NCBI GenBank assembly: GCA_963833575.1
Contig: CAWHXY010000004.1
Location: 64,001 to 128,000 of the forward strand
Direction: 5' to 3'
DNA: 64,000 nucleotides
From: Candidatus Bathyarchaeota archaeon
GTDB taxonomy: Archaea > Thermoproteota > Bathyarchaeia > Bathyarchaeales > Bathycorpusculaceae
A program made the translations under genes and the position numbers. Below the pieces are notes generated by a model. That model was given only the letters and a program-made list of their open reading frames with translations, had not been told where the DNA came from and did no database searches. Positions 44,521 through 54,915 of this stretch are shown piece after piece. Within the stretch, counting starts at the first letter, position 1; the number at the start of each line of letters is the position of its first letter.

Positions 44521-45078
44521 CATGATTTTTGTTTAAGGATAGTTGATAAATGTGGTTCTTGGTTTGCTTCGGTTCCTGATGCAGAGCTTGAGCATCCTTG
44601 GTGGTCCCAAGGGCAACTGCAATATCGACGGTTTGCGAGATGGGTTTATGGTGATTCTCCTCTGCCTAAGCTTCATCCTAAGTACAGATACAGGAATGCT
44701 CCAAATTTTTTGGAGACAACACTGCTTCTTTTGCCATTTGTGATTTTAGCATTTTTTTTCTTTAAGGCTTCAATCCAGTGGTTTTTGATTTGGGTTGCTA
44801 TTGCAATTCCGCTTGAACTTTTAATGGATGGATTGAGGATGAAGGTTACAAGAAAAAAACAAGCTGCAATTGTTTCGGTTCAAGCTACATTAATCCGTCT
44901 ATCTAATGACCTTGGAAGACTCGCTGGTCACTTCAAGAATTTACACATGTTGGGAATAACTGAACGTTTTGATTATTTCATGACAGGTGAACATATTCGA
45001 TATGAGCAGAAAATAGGATTGGCAAAATTCTTTGTGTACTTAACCTTAGCCCTTGTATTGTTCATTGTTTTCAAATAG
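44521..45078 (+). pseudogene. C-terminal fragment of a GT2-like glycosyltransferase
   Basis: DFCLR...HPWW...RRFARWVYGD followed by TM helices; N-terminal DxD domain absent. Confidence 0.6.
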
Positions 45079-45415
45079 AGATTAAGCTTACTGACCAAGT
45101 TTAAGTCACATTTAATTTCTTTGTTTAGCAAAAAAACTCTAAAGTTACTTGCAGGAAGCCGTGCTATCTTGAAAACCCAACATGATTTTAAATGTCACTT
45201 CAACTGAAGGCAGTTGACTTTCCTTGTTAAATAGTAAGAACAATTCTCAAGTTAGGTCTCACAGTTAAATTCATGAACTAATTCCCAAAAGCCTTGAAGA
45301 ACATGCCTTGCTCTTACAAAAAGGAAAAAAAACAAAACATTACACTTCTTAGAGTCGGACGGGGTCTGAATCACTAACAAGTCTTAAATCTGCATAGCGT
45401 AGAAATAGAACTGAG

Positions 45416-45709
45416 ATGATTAAAATGTCAATAAGTAATGACGAATGGAAAGCTGGCGTAACCACCGTAACAATTGAAGAACGGATACTTACATTTTTGA
45501 AACAAAATGACAAAGCGTTCACCTTTTTGGGAATAATGAAGGGTATAGGATATAACACAAACGTAAGAGACATTGAAACACTTTTTCACGGTGTAATTGA
45601 CGGATTTATTGTTATAAATGCCTTGGACAAGCTGATAAAAGAAGGGAAGGTTACATCCAGAGTAATACAACAACCTGACGGACAAGAAACATACTATAAA
45701 GCGTTTTAA
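45416..45709 (+). CDS. Hypothetical protein, winged-helix-like
   Basis: RILTFLK...ALDKLIKEGKV...YY. Confidence 0.6.
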   Translation: MIKMSISNDEWKAGVTTVTIEERILTFLKQNDKAFTFLGIMKGIGYNTNVRDIETLFHGVIDGFIVINALDKLIKEGKVTSRVIQQPDGQETYYKAF

Positions 45710-45786
45710 GATAGCTTCTATTTAGCCAAATTTTCATTGGTGATAAGTCTTAAATCTGGAACGCAAAGACAGAGAACTGACTGATT

Positions 45787-45981
45787 ATGAAATGTCCTGC
45801 ATGCCTTCAAATACTTAAACGAATAGAGGGTGTATGCGGCGAGTACATCTGCATTAATCCTCAATGCATTGAAAACAAGAAAACAGGCGTGCAGGAATAC
45901 GCAGAGTTTTACGGACTTACCCAAGCAGAAATAAACGCAAACTATCGCATAGCACTTGCCAAAAATAGGAAGGAGAAATAG
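45787..45981 (+). CDS. Small Zn-finger protein
   Basis: MKCPAC...CINPQC. Confidence 0.6.
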   Translation: MKCPACLQILKRIEGVCGEYICINPQCIENKKTGVQEYAEFYGLTQAEINANYRIALAKNRKEK

Positions 45982-46031
45982 CCAAACCAAAATAAGTTAA
46001 ATAAAATATTAAAAAGGAGAATAAATAACCT

Positions 46032-46175
46032 GTGAAAAACTTGAATAACGTTTTAGATCCAAAGTGTTCTTATTGCGGTAGCACTCACCTTGAAAAAGAT
46101 GAAGATGTCGTTAAATGTCTTGATTGTGGCATGGGGGAGTATAAGAAAGGCAGGCACAATAAGAATTGTAAATAA
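46032..46175 (+). CDS. Small zinc-ribbon protein (47 aa)
   Basis: Manual translation: KCSYCGSTHLEKDEDVVKCLDCG; AGGAG upstream. Confidence 0.55.
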   Translation: MKNLNNVLDPKCSYCGSTHLEKDEDVVKCLDCGMGEYKKGRHNKNCK

Positions 46176-46252
46176 TTGTTTCATTGAGTATAGTGATGTG
46201 GATATGGCTGTTCATAAGTTCCTTGAATGTAAAAATTGTTGGTTAGAGTGAT

Positions 46253-46441
46253 ATGGAAAACTTTGAGAGATTAAGCAGCAAAGTTCTTGTTAGAACCTGC
46301 CACTGTGGCATCGTATTCGAAACGTATGATCCAAAAAAAGTGTACCATGCAAACAGTTGTAGGGCAAATTATGTTAGGAAAAATATGGACAAAGAAAGAG
46401 AGCTAATTCAAAAGAAGTTTGATGAGAAAGTTAGAGAATAG
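46253..46441 (+). CDS. Small Cys/His protein
   Basis: CHCG--F...YHANSCR. Confidence 0.55.
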   Translation: MENFERLSSKVLVRTCHCGIVFETYDPKKVYHANSCRANYVRKNMDKERELIQKKFDEKVRE

Positions 46442-46569
46442 CCCAAATATGGAAAAGGTAGAGAAAGCACGTTGCCTTGGTTCTGCAACGGGATTTTCAA
46501 TCGGACAAGAGAAAGACCAAAACATGACGCGCCTTAATGTTTACCTAGCGCGTATTAAGCAAAGTATAC

Positions 46570-46857
46570 CTACTCTTTGGTAAGCATTATTTCAATTGTT
46601 GAAACCATACGTGCTCTGGTTTCGCCCTCTCTTGGAGGCATCTCCTCGGGTCCTATCACGATTTTCTTTACTTTCAAGTCTTTTAGGAAGCGATTTCTCG
46701 TTATTTCAGCCGCGTCAACAGCAGTAGTTATTGCTTGTCCTCTCGCCTTCAAGGTTATATCTTTAGTATCGCTCGCAGACAGACCTGTAATAATCGCTAG
46801 AACATAGTCCATAGGCATTTTCTTGCCAACGAAAATAATCTTAGAATTTTCCGACAT
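46570..46857 (-). CDS. albA: DNA/RNA-binding protein Alba
   Basis: IFVGKK--MDYVLA, LKARGQAITTAVDAAE, VSTIEI. Confidence 0.95.
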   Translation of the reverse strand: MSENSKIIFVGKKMPMDYVLAIITGLSASDTKDITLKARGQAITTAVDAAEITRNRFLKDLKVKKIVIGPEEMPPREGETRARMVSTIEIMLTKE

Positions 46858-47736
46858 TTACCATCACCATTTAATCAAAACGTTACTGTCCTATACTACA
46901 TAGACTTTCTTATAAAGCGTTAAACAACAGAGCAGCACTTGCAATAACAAACATTTTCAACAGTTCTTCAACAGTTCTTTTTTCAACAGCCCTTATGCAT
47001 TATATCCTTTACGAGAGCTACAAAAGCAGCACTATAAAAACTGAGGGTTACGGTTAAGCAAACATAAACCTCGTAAGAATGCTCCAAAAATAGTCTCATG
47101 GAAAGAAAACCTAACTCAGTCCAGGTTCCAACAACCTCAAGTTGAGAAGGTTTGGTAATTCTTTTAACTTAGCTAAGTTTTGATAGTCAATCAATTATGG
47201 AATCATAGTGTTTTCTTCTTTCTTCATTCAAACCATTTCTTTCTAGTCGATAGTTACCTTGCTCAAGATGAAGTTAAATCCCGAATCTTGGCTCGAATAT
47301 TGAACCATTTTTTTCTGCTCTTACCCATTTTGGGATTTTCTTCTTGACTTACTTTTCTACATGGTTAAAATCCAGTTAGAAGCCTTCCGTTAAATTGTTC
47401 AGTGATTCTTTGATGGTTCTCAATTCTTCACTAATTATCTTCTGGAAACTCCGAGTTAGTTGCTTGAAACATATAGTCTCATATAATGAAATAGCAAAAC
47501 AAAGTCTTTTCCAGTCTAAATTTCAAGGAAAAGAAAAAGTAGCAGTTTCCGAAACGATTTCTAATGATCCAATCTGACGGTTTTAAATATAGTCTCCAAT
47601 GGTTCACTATGTTTTAGTCCACATAAATTTACTACGAAAATTACCTGCTTTTAGCGTTCCAAGTTAGGAACAGCATGTTCCAAGAATAGAACTAAAAGTG
47701 ATTTATCGTTTTCATACTGATTAGGTAGAGTTAACT

Positions 47737-48462
47737 ATGTTTCAATCTTCAACCAAGCGTAGAACTATCGTTATTGCTTCCATAGTGATAGTAGTGCTTG
47801 TAATTTCTTTGGCTGCTTCATTGATTGCTTTTTATCATCAACCATCAACAGTTAAACAATCACCTTCAAAACTTGAAGTTACTGTATCACTAAATCAACC
47901 AAGCGTGATTCAAGGAAGCAATCTGCAGGGAGAAGTTAATGTAACTACAATAGGAAATGCTGAAAATGTTACTTTAAGCAGTGATGTAGGTTCAAGCGGC
48001 ATAAACTGTACATTTGAACCTTCTTGGGGCACATCCAATTTTACAAGTACTCTATTTATGAGTATGCCTGATTCTACCCCAACTGGTAACTACACAATTA
48101 CTGTAACTGCATTAGGTGTTGGGCAGGAAGAGAATGCCTCTTGTGTTTTTTCGGTTTTAAGTGCCAATGTTACTGTTTCTGGTAGGGCATCTGTAAATAA
48201 AATGGGAAGTATTGTTCGCCAAATAAAATTCGTAGATGAGACGACCAATGCTACAAACACTTTTAGTTTTCCAACAAATCCAGCAGCCTATAACAATAAC
48301 GTCTATTCTGTCAACTTGGAAAATGAACACACATATTATGTAACAATAGATTATTTTTGGGGCAACGGAGAAATCGAATTTCCTGCAACATACTACGCTG
48401 GCGACTTCCACGTTTACGCACTAGCAGGTAACAACACCATCACCCTTAATGTTGGAAACTAA
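47737..48462 (+). CDS. Membrane-anchored Ig-like surface protein
   Basis: N-terminal TM helix; Thr/Asn-rich beta-strand pattern (TPTGNYTITVTA). Confidence 0.75.
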   Translation: MFQSSTKRRTIVIASIVIVVLVISLAASLIAFYHQPSTVKQSPSKLEVTVSLNQPSVIQGSNLQGEVNVTTIGNAENVTLSSDVGSSGINCTFEPSWGTSNFTSTLFMSMPDSTPTGNYTITVTALGVGQEENASCVFSVLSANVTVSGRASVNKMGSIVRQIKFVDETTNATNTFSFPTNPAAYNNNVYSVNLENEHTYYVTIDYFWGNGEIEFPATYYAGDFHVYALAGNNTITLNVGN

Positions 48463-48558
48463 AATCCGAGAAGTAAAAGGGGTGTGCACTAAAATTTAAT
48501 TTGAACCACACCTAAAACTTTTTGAAGGCTAAAGTTGTTTATTATACAAGGATAAATC

Positions 48559-48726
48559 TTGATAGACAAAGCTAAAATTAAAGATGAAATGTGCACGTGT
48601 GGGCATCTTAAAAGTGAACATTCATATTTTTTAGATAGATTATGTACCAAACCTAAATGTGAATGTTACAAGTTCGTTTTGAAGGAAGAAAAACAAGAGC
48701 TTAATTTTTTAGATTCTACGTGCTAA
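48559..48726 (+). CDS. Small Cys/His metal-binding protein (55 aa)
   Basis: Manual translation: CTCGHLKSEH...CTKPKCECYKF. Confidence 0.55.
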   Translation: MIDKAKIKDEMCTCGHLKSEHSYFLDRLCTKPKCECYKFVLKEEKQELNFLDSTC

Positions 48727-48785
48727 ACCATGAAGATAGATAAACTAATAATCGCTTTGAATGATACTGCTAGGAGGTCCAATAA

Positions 48786-49142
48786 ATGGTAAAAATCAAC
48801 CTATTGACCTATTTAACTTTCAATTTGAACATGCTCGTTGACAAAGGAAAAGATATGCCGATAAAAGAGACTAGACAGTTATGCGAAAAAAGAACAATAC
48901 TTCAAGAGTTGCAAGAGCGATTTCCGTTTGCAGAAACACACCTCGACTTATCATTACTAAAGTTGCAGCCAGATGCCGAAGAAGAAATTGAAAACATTTT
49001 CTATAGTATGGCAATTTCATTAAAAGACAGCGAAATGTGCGTGACAAACAATGGTTTATGCCTGTTAATTGCATACTGTCAAGAACAGATTCAAAAAGAA
49101 GCAAGGAAACTCGAAGAGAAAAGAGACGACGAAAAAGTTTGA
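48786..49142 (+). CDS. Hypothetical protein
   Basis: AGGAGGT RBS, 118 aa. Confidence 0.6.
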   Translation: MVKINLLTYLTFNLNMLVDKGKDMPIKETRQLCEKRTILQELQERFPFAETHLDLSLLKLQPDAEEEIENIFYSMAISLKDSEMCVTNNGLCLLIAYCQEQIQKEARKLEEKRDDEKV

Positions 49143-50363
49143 TTTCCCACATCTTTTTCGTCTATAAGGCATATCCTATGGAGATACTAAAATGAACCAA
49201 AAATGCCCCAGAAGAGTATACTCGATTCCGACTATACATATACCCTTTGATTATTTTCCTATATGCATGCTGAACCGTGTCTATTGCGTAGCCTTATTTT
49301 ATGTGTCCCTGTCCTTCGTTGAAGAGTTGGTTGGTTGGTTGGATTAAATTTTAGTCTGACAAAGAACTAAAACTTCTTCAGAATAGGTTACTCAGGGATT
49401 CAAAACGAGTATCTTCTGATATATTTCCAGCAGACTTATAACAAATTCCTAAGATGAGAATTATTTATGAGATGCAAAAACTGTACCCACCTAATCTTAG
49501 TTGTCAGCGCGGTTGATGACAAAGATACTGTTTACAAACATAAACAATCCAACCACAGTATTTACTGTCCATGCAGGAAACCTGAACCAACTTAGGGTTG
49601 TTTTCTTTTTGAAAATTCGAGTTAGTAATCAGGAAACAAGAGGTTTGATGTAAGTAAATACAATCTTCCGTCATTGATTTGGCAAATAGATGTATTCAAA
49701 AATGGGACGATTTTATTAAAAACTATCTAACATAGACCAAAGTCTAATTTCGTTTTTGACATGCCTTATTATTTTGATGGAGCGACAACTAACTAAGTTA
49801 GAATAGTTTAAGGGATAATCATCACAGCAATTCCTAACATTCGTAGCTATCTTGGAAAAAAGGATAACAACCCCCCATATAATTATCCGCTATTTTATTA
49901 CTATAATTTTAAATAACTGACACAAACGAGAAATGCTCTAAAGTCTTGGCAGTTCAAAATTACACATTTCGGGCACTCAATGTAAGACAAATTAAGAACA
50001 AAGTACTATAGAATTTAGGTGAATGTTTTGCGTAAACAACAAAGACCAGAAGGAAATACAACCTCCCCAAACAGGAGCAGTATAGCAAGAAAAGCAAATG
50101 CCGCCAATAGTTCGAGACAGAAGCAAGCCAACGCCAACCGTTCGAGACAGACCCAAGCTGACAATTCAAAGAAGAAAAACAGTACTTAATCAAAATACTA
50201 AAAATCAATGGGCAGCATAATTATCGCAGGAAATCATAACATAATTCTTAATTATTTGTTAATTTATGAGGGACAAGTTTTCTATTATTTTTTACCCTAA
50301 TAACATTATTTTATGATTGACAGGGGTAAGTTTTATTATGTTTCTTACTCCTCATGCCAATAC

Positions 50364-50579
50364 CTAAATAGCGCGCGCTGAGGGGTAATTTTTTGCTTCC
50401 GCTATTTTGGCTATTGCAGCGTTCTTCTTGACAGATTCAATTCCGCCTGCACAGTCCTCTTTTGAGTTATATCCTTCACTTACTGCGATTATTTCTCCGT
50501 TGACTGCTTTCAATCTGAAGCGATACTTTCCAGCTTTGTCTTTACACCACTCAAAAACTGGGTCCGGCGCAAATATCAC
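50364..50579 (-). CDS. YegP/DUF1508 single-domain protein
   Basis: FE--KDKAGKYRFRLKAVNGEIIAVSEGY-SK--C--GIESVKKNA. Confidence 0.9.
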   Translation of the reverse strand: MIFAPDPVFEWCKDKAGKYRFRLKAVNGEIIAVSEGYNSKEDCAGGIESVKKNAAIAKIAEAKNYPSARAI

Positions 50580-50706
50580 CTACTTCTAATATTTGTTGCG
50601 TCAACGTATAAAATTTAATCCTCATTTTGGAGAAAGTTTGGTCTATATTCAAAATTAAAAGCTTATAAACGCATTGATGAGATACTCATAAACAGGGGAA
50701 ATTTTC

Positions 50707-51087
50707 TTGGATAAAGATGATGAAATTTTAGCAGAATTGAAGAAAATTAGAGAAGCTTTAGAAAAGGCTCCACCGCCAGTGCCGCCAAAAGGCTTATGGA
50801 ACGAATTCAAAGACTTTCTATCGTCGTACAAAGTTCTTGGCTTAGCTGTTGCTTTCGTTTTAGGTTTGTATCTTGGTGCTGTGGTTAAGGCGGTTGTCGC
50901 AGACTTCATTATTCCGCTCTTAGGCTTAGCTATACCAGGCATGTCAAACTTGGCTACATATGCAGTTTCAGTTACGAAGCAGTCGTTTGGCATCGGCGAC
51001 TTTTTAGTGGCGCTAATTACATTCATCTTTGTGGCACTTATCGTGTTCCTCATAGTGAAGGTAGCCAAAAGATGGAATATAGGCTAA
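50707..51087 (+). CDS. mscL: Large-conductance mechanosensitive channel family protein
   Basis: EFKDFL, VLGLAVAFVLG...VADFIIP, GDFLVALITFIFVALIVFLIVK. Confidence 0.9.
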   Translation: MDKDDEILAELKKIREALEKAPPPVPPKGLWNEFKDFLSSYKVLGLAVAFVLGLYLGAVVKAVVADFIIPLLGLAIPGMSNLATYAVSVTKQSFGIGDFLVALITFIFVALIVFLIVKVAKRWNIG

Positions 51088-51473
51088 ACTATAATCTTCT
51101 CTTTTCTTTTTTTTAGATTAGCTTGACGCAATAGAGAAAGGTTAAAACCACATTTTACGCGGTTTCACCCGTTTAGTATCTAGGAGCCCAAGCATCATGT
51201 TGGAGCAAAATAAAGTGGCGTGCGGTGTAATCTTTAATCGCAACGACTGGAAATATCCAACAAGTAGTCATAGGGTTTGCTTTAAATGCGGAGATAAAAG
51301 TGATAACTTAAACACCTATAAGAAGGGCGCAATAGGGCTTTGGCATGGTTGAAGCGGGCCCAGAATGTAAAATGACAAATATTGTTAGAGTTGGAGAGTC
51401 AACGGTTAAAACCGCGAAAATTCACAGCTAGCGAAAATTAGGAGAGTATGCTTTAGCTCTCCGTTTTAACAGG

Positions 51474-52427
51474 TTAATTTATTATGACTGGTTGAATGCT
51501 GCTTTTCGAAGGTTTCCCTGTTTCATTTCCATAAAATATTGCATAGATGTTTCCTGTGTTTTTTCGCCAAGTTAAAGGTTTAGCTTTCCAGACAATACTG
51601 AAAGAACCGTCTTCCGCGGTTACTCCTTGGGCTAGGTATGCGTCACCTAATATTGATGTGTCCCGCTCGTGAATCCTGATTTTGGCTTCAGACACGCCTT
51701 TTCCGGAATCGCTCTCGGAAAGTTTTCCTTTCAGATTCACATTGTTGCCTTTGCTGATGTTTTCGGTGACGGTGTAAAGTTCTAACTTAGTTTCAGTTGG
51801 ATAATTAGTCTTCGGAACTTTTGTTTCAACTGTTGGAATTGGCGTCGGTTGAGGCATTTCTTCCGTCTTGACTTCAGGCAAAACAGTTTCTGTTTTAGTT
51901 GTTTCTGCAGTTAAGGGTGCCATTGGAGTTTCGATTTTTGGAGCAGCTACTTCTACCTCTTTTACTGTTTCAGAGCCTGACGTGGCTTCAGCTTCAGTTT
52001 TTGGTGAAGCTGTTTCTTCCATTTTGACAGGAACACCATTTTCCTGAACTGTTTCCTTTGGGACTGACAAATCCTCAATTTCCGCATCACAGCTACTTCT
52101 AACCACTTTGATACCGTTAAGGCATCCTTCCTTCGACTCGTATCCTTCCCCCTCAGCAATAATCTCGCCATTTGCAGCTTTCAGACGAAACCTAAACTTG
52201 CCTGCAGCATCCTTATAGATCTGGTATTTCGGATTAGGCACTTTGCGGTCCATTATGGTCAAGTCTTCGATTTCTGCACCGCAATTCTTCTGTATGCTTC
52301 TTATTCCATTGATGCAACTTGCATGTTGCTCATAGGCTTCGCCCACGGCGACTATTTGGTTGTTTCCAGCCCTCAGACGAAAACGAAATTTGCCCGCAAC
52401 ATCCTTATACACTTGAAATTTCGACAT
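51474..52427 (-). CDS. Tandem DUF1508 protein with E/T/P-rich linker and C-terminal beta-sandwich-like domain
   Basis: Two KD-AGKFRFRL repeats; linker; LKGKL...G-T--DGSF-I-W. Confidence 0.88.
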   Translation of the reverse strand: MSKFQVYKDVAGKFRFRLRAGNNQIVAVGEAYEQHASCINGIRSIQKNCGAEIEDLTIMDRKVPNPKYQIYKDAAGKFRFRLKAANGEIIAEGEGYESKEGCLNGIKVVRSSCDAEIEDLSVPKETVQENGVPVKMEETASPKTEAEATSGSETVKEVEVAAPKIETPMAPLTAETTKTETVLPEVKTEEMPQPTPIPTVETKVPKTNYPTETKLELYTVTENISKGNNVNLKGKLSESDSGKGVSEAKIRIHERDTSILGDAYLAQGVTAEDGSFSIVWKAKPLTWRKNTGNIYAIFYGNETGKPSKSSIQPVIIN

Positions 52428-52781
52428 AAAAAAACCCCAATTTTCTATTCAATGCTAGTTGTACAAAAGCTTTTTCCTTAACTGCTTATGCAGATGACCA
52501 ACTTTTACTCAACTACGTTGGTGCGTTTTCTTTTCGGGATACTTTTCCTATGTTTTATCTCATTTACGTAGTTATAATGTGCAATCGAAGGTCACTAGAG
52601 ATCATTAGTGAGGCGGAGATTGCCTTATTTACTGTGTTATTCATATAAAACGGTATTTGGAAAGTATTTGATAGACCATTGTTTTCTTTGGGCGGCATCA
52701 ATTTTATGGATTTACATAAAGAATCTTTTTTTCTGCAAAATATTATATATCCTAATTACCGCTAAATTGTTTTTGAAATAA

Positions 52782-53000
52782 ATGAATAGACTCGAAGCTA
52801 TGGCTATGCTCAAAGAATTGGTTGAGGCTGATTTAGTTGAACCAAGTTACATTCAAGTTATGTTAAGAAAACCCGAACACTATCAGGTTAAAATTAGGTG
52901 TGATTATAACAAGACAGAGATTGAAAAACATGCCAAAGAACACGGATTAACTATTATTGAAGATAAGAAACGAAAATACTTAGTTATCTATAAACCGTAA
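52782..53000 (+). CDS. Hypothetical protein
   Basis: 72 aa; has a tandem paralog at 53123. Confidence 0.75.
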   Translation: MNRLEAMAMLKELVEADLVEPSYIQVMLRKPEHYQVKIRCDYNKTEIEKHAKEHGLTIIEDKKRKYLVIYKP

Positions 53001-53122
53001 TTTGTTTGATGCTGATTTAGGTAAATGAATTGTGCTAACTTGATTAGTCATTGTGTTTTAACGTTTATTTGGAATAAACTTATTAATCTTGTACGTTCAG
53101 GTGGGTTTAGAGGGGGCATAAG

Positions 53123-53339
53123 ATGAAACGGTCTGAAGCGATAGCACTACTCAAAGAATTAGGCTCTGAACATTTGATTCAACCATCTCTAGTGCTTGTT
53201 GAACAGAGAAAACCCGACAGTTTAGTTATGTGTTAAAGGTGATTATGACCGTTACCAAATAGAGGCATTTCTGCAAAAGTACAAGTTTTCGGTTGATGAA
53301 GACGTAACAAAAGGTCTTCTCTGCATTTTTAAGCCATAA
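53123..53339 (+). pseudogene. Frameshifted tandem paralog of 52782-53000
   Basis: MKRSEAIALLKEL...RKPDS, a frameshift near 53223, then LCVKGDYD...LCIFKP*; 217 bp vs 219 bp. Confidence 0.75.
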
Positions 53340-53836
53340 ACTAAGGCTATTTTATCACTTTAAAACAGGAATTGCAATTAGGGCATGTGTAAGATTCTAC
53401 ACGGAAAAAATGATTCTCTAATAATTTGTCTGGTATAGAAACTTCTTGACTGCAGTTTGGACATTTAGGCATAAAATTTTCTCGGTACGGTATAATACCT
53501 TACAATAGAAGAATTTCAGAAACTTGAAGATGTGTTGGCACAACGTGATACAACAACCATCAAAATCAATGGAGCAATAGTTTAATGTCTATTCCATTCA
53601 AGCAAGTATTCCAGAGTTTCCATCAACAATTCTAACGGTAACTTTTCTTATTACAGCAACTTTATCCTGAACCCATTAAAGAAATTGCTACGGGCTTCAG
53701 TAGAGGATGATTATCCTGACAATAGGAACAGTTTTGATTAAGAGAAGGTTTTGTTGGGCTTAACTTTGAAGTTTCACTTAAACGTCGAATTCTTTGGAGA
53801 TAAGCTAAAATTGTACTTAGGTAAAAACTCAGTGTT

Positions 53837-54394
53837 ATGAGTGATGAAAGGTTTGCTCAATTGCATGAAATCCTGAAGGATGCTTTGAGCCAAAAAATAC
53901 TTCTGAAACTTGGTGAATTTGACAGCTTAAGCTTTGATGATTTAAGAAACAATTTGAAGATTGAGGACACACAAGAACTGAGTAATCAACTAAATACTCT
54001 TGAAAAACTAACAATTGACGGAGAGCATGTAGTATCTAAACAAGCAGACTTGCAGTATAAACTTACAGAAAAGGGTCACTATGTTTTAGATGAAATGATT
54101 GCCTTCCCAGAACTTGAATCAGATAACTACACACAGAAGGTTGAGCAAAGTAACCTTTCCTTAGGCAAAGCAATTTACGTAACAGTTGGAGCAGCAATAC
54201 TTGGTTTTGTTTTCTGGGCCATAATGATGTCCGTTTCAAATACAAGTGGATTTAGATGGGAAATATCAAACACAACTTTTGATTTATTTTCCTTAACCAG
54301 CCTCATCATTTGCTGGTTAGTTGGCGGTTTCATTGGTTACATGATTGGCAAGAAAAAGAAGTACAAATTTCCAATGATGAGAGTACAACGATAA
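53837..54394 (+). CDS. Winged-helix domain plus two TM helices
   Basis: ILLKL...L--QL--L...YKLTEKG; hydrophobic C-terminus. Confidence 0.7.
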   Translation: MSDERFAQLHEILKDALSQKILLKLGEFDSLSFDDLRNNLKIEDTQELSNQLNTLEKLTIDGEHVVSKQADLQYKLTEKGHYVLDEMIAFPELESDNYTQKVEQSNLSLGKAIYVTVGAAILGFVFWAIMMSVSNTSGFRWEISNTTFDLFSLTSLIICWLVGGFIGYMIGKKKKYKFPMMRVQR

Positions 54395-54501
54395 AAAATG
54401 AAGACATCGGATGAATAATCTGATGAAACTGTGTGGTGACTGCTTGTTTTTCCTTTTTACTATTAGATATTTTATTTGATGTACTTGTTAACCGGAGATA
54501 T

Positions 54502-54915
54502 CTATACACGTTCTCCAAACTTTTTCTTCATACATTCTTGGCAGTAATTGTTTTTGAACCTTCTTTTTCGTATAGGCTGAAAGGTCTTTCCGCAACGACT
54601 GCACGTTATTTGATTAACTTCTTTAGGTTCAAGCAGTTTGAGTCTTCTCTCGATCTCAACTCTGATTTCAGAATCATCCTCCTGCTCCCAAGCGGTTTTC
54701 AACAGAACCGTAGCTTGTTCCAAGCTTTTGTCTTTGAAAATTTTAAGGAAAACATTATCCGTTTTTCCAGCGCCTAATTGTGAAGGTAGCATACAAACAA
54801 AATTCTGAGGATAGCTCTTAGACTTACTAAAGTCAACAACAGCGAAGCGAAAGTTTTTTCGCTGATAATTATCATCATCCGAATAGTACTCAAAAACTTG
54901 CAGCCTGATGTCCAA
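54502..54915 (-). CDS. Hypothetical protein with C-terminal Zn finger; paralog of 22921-23331
   Basis: Aligns along its length; TTG start at 54915 matches the paralog length; CSRC...CQEC. Confidence 0.8.
   Translation of the reverse strand: MDIRLQVFEYYSDDDNYQRKNFRFAVVDFSKSKSYPQNFVCMLPSQLGAGKTDNVFLKIFKDKSLEQATVLLKTAWEQEDDSEIRVEIERRLKLLEPKEVNQITCSRCGKTFQPIRKRRFKNNYCQECMKKKFGERV

Noticed and set aside
47200-47480. Possible decayed minus-strand gene
   Set aside because: Several stops and no identifiable family
49960-50208. 82-aa ORF containing the 30-bp repeat
   Set aside because: Atypical composition and no RBS; likely a chance ORF in skewed DNA
50655-51068. 137-aa minus-strand ORF
   Set aside because: Antisense shadow of mscL
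54433-54777. 114-aa plus-strand ORF
   Set aside because: Antisense shadow of the Zn-finger paralog
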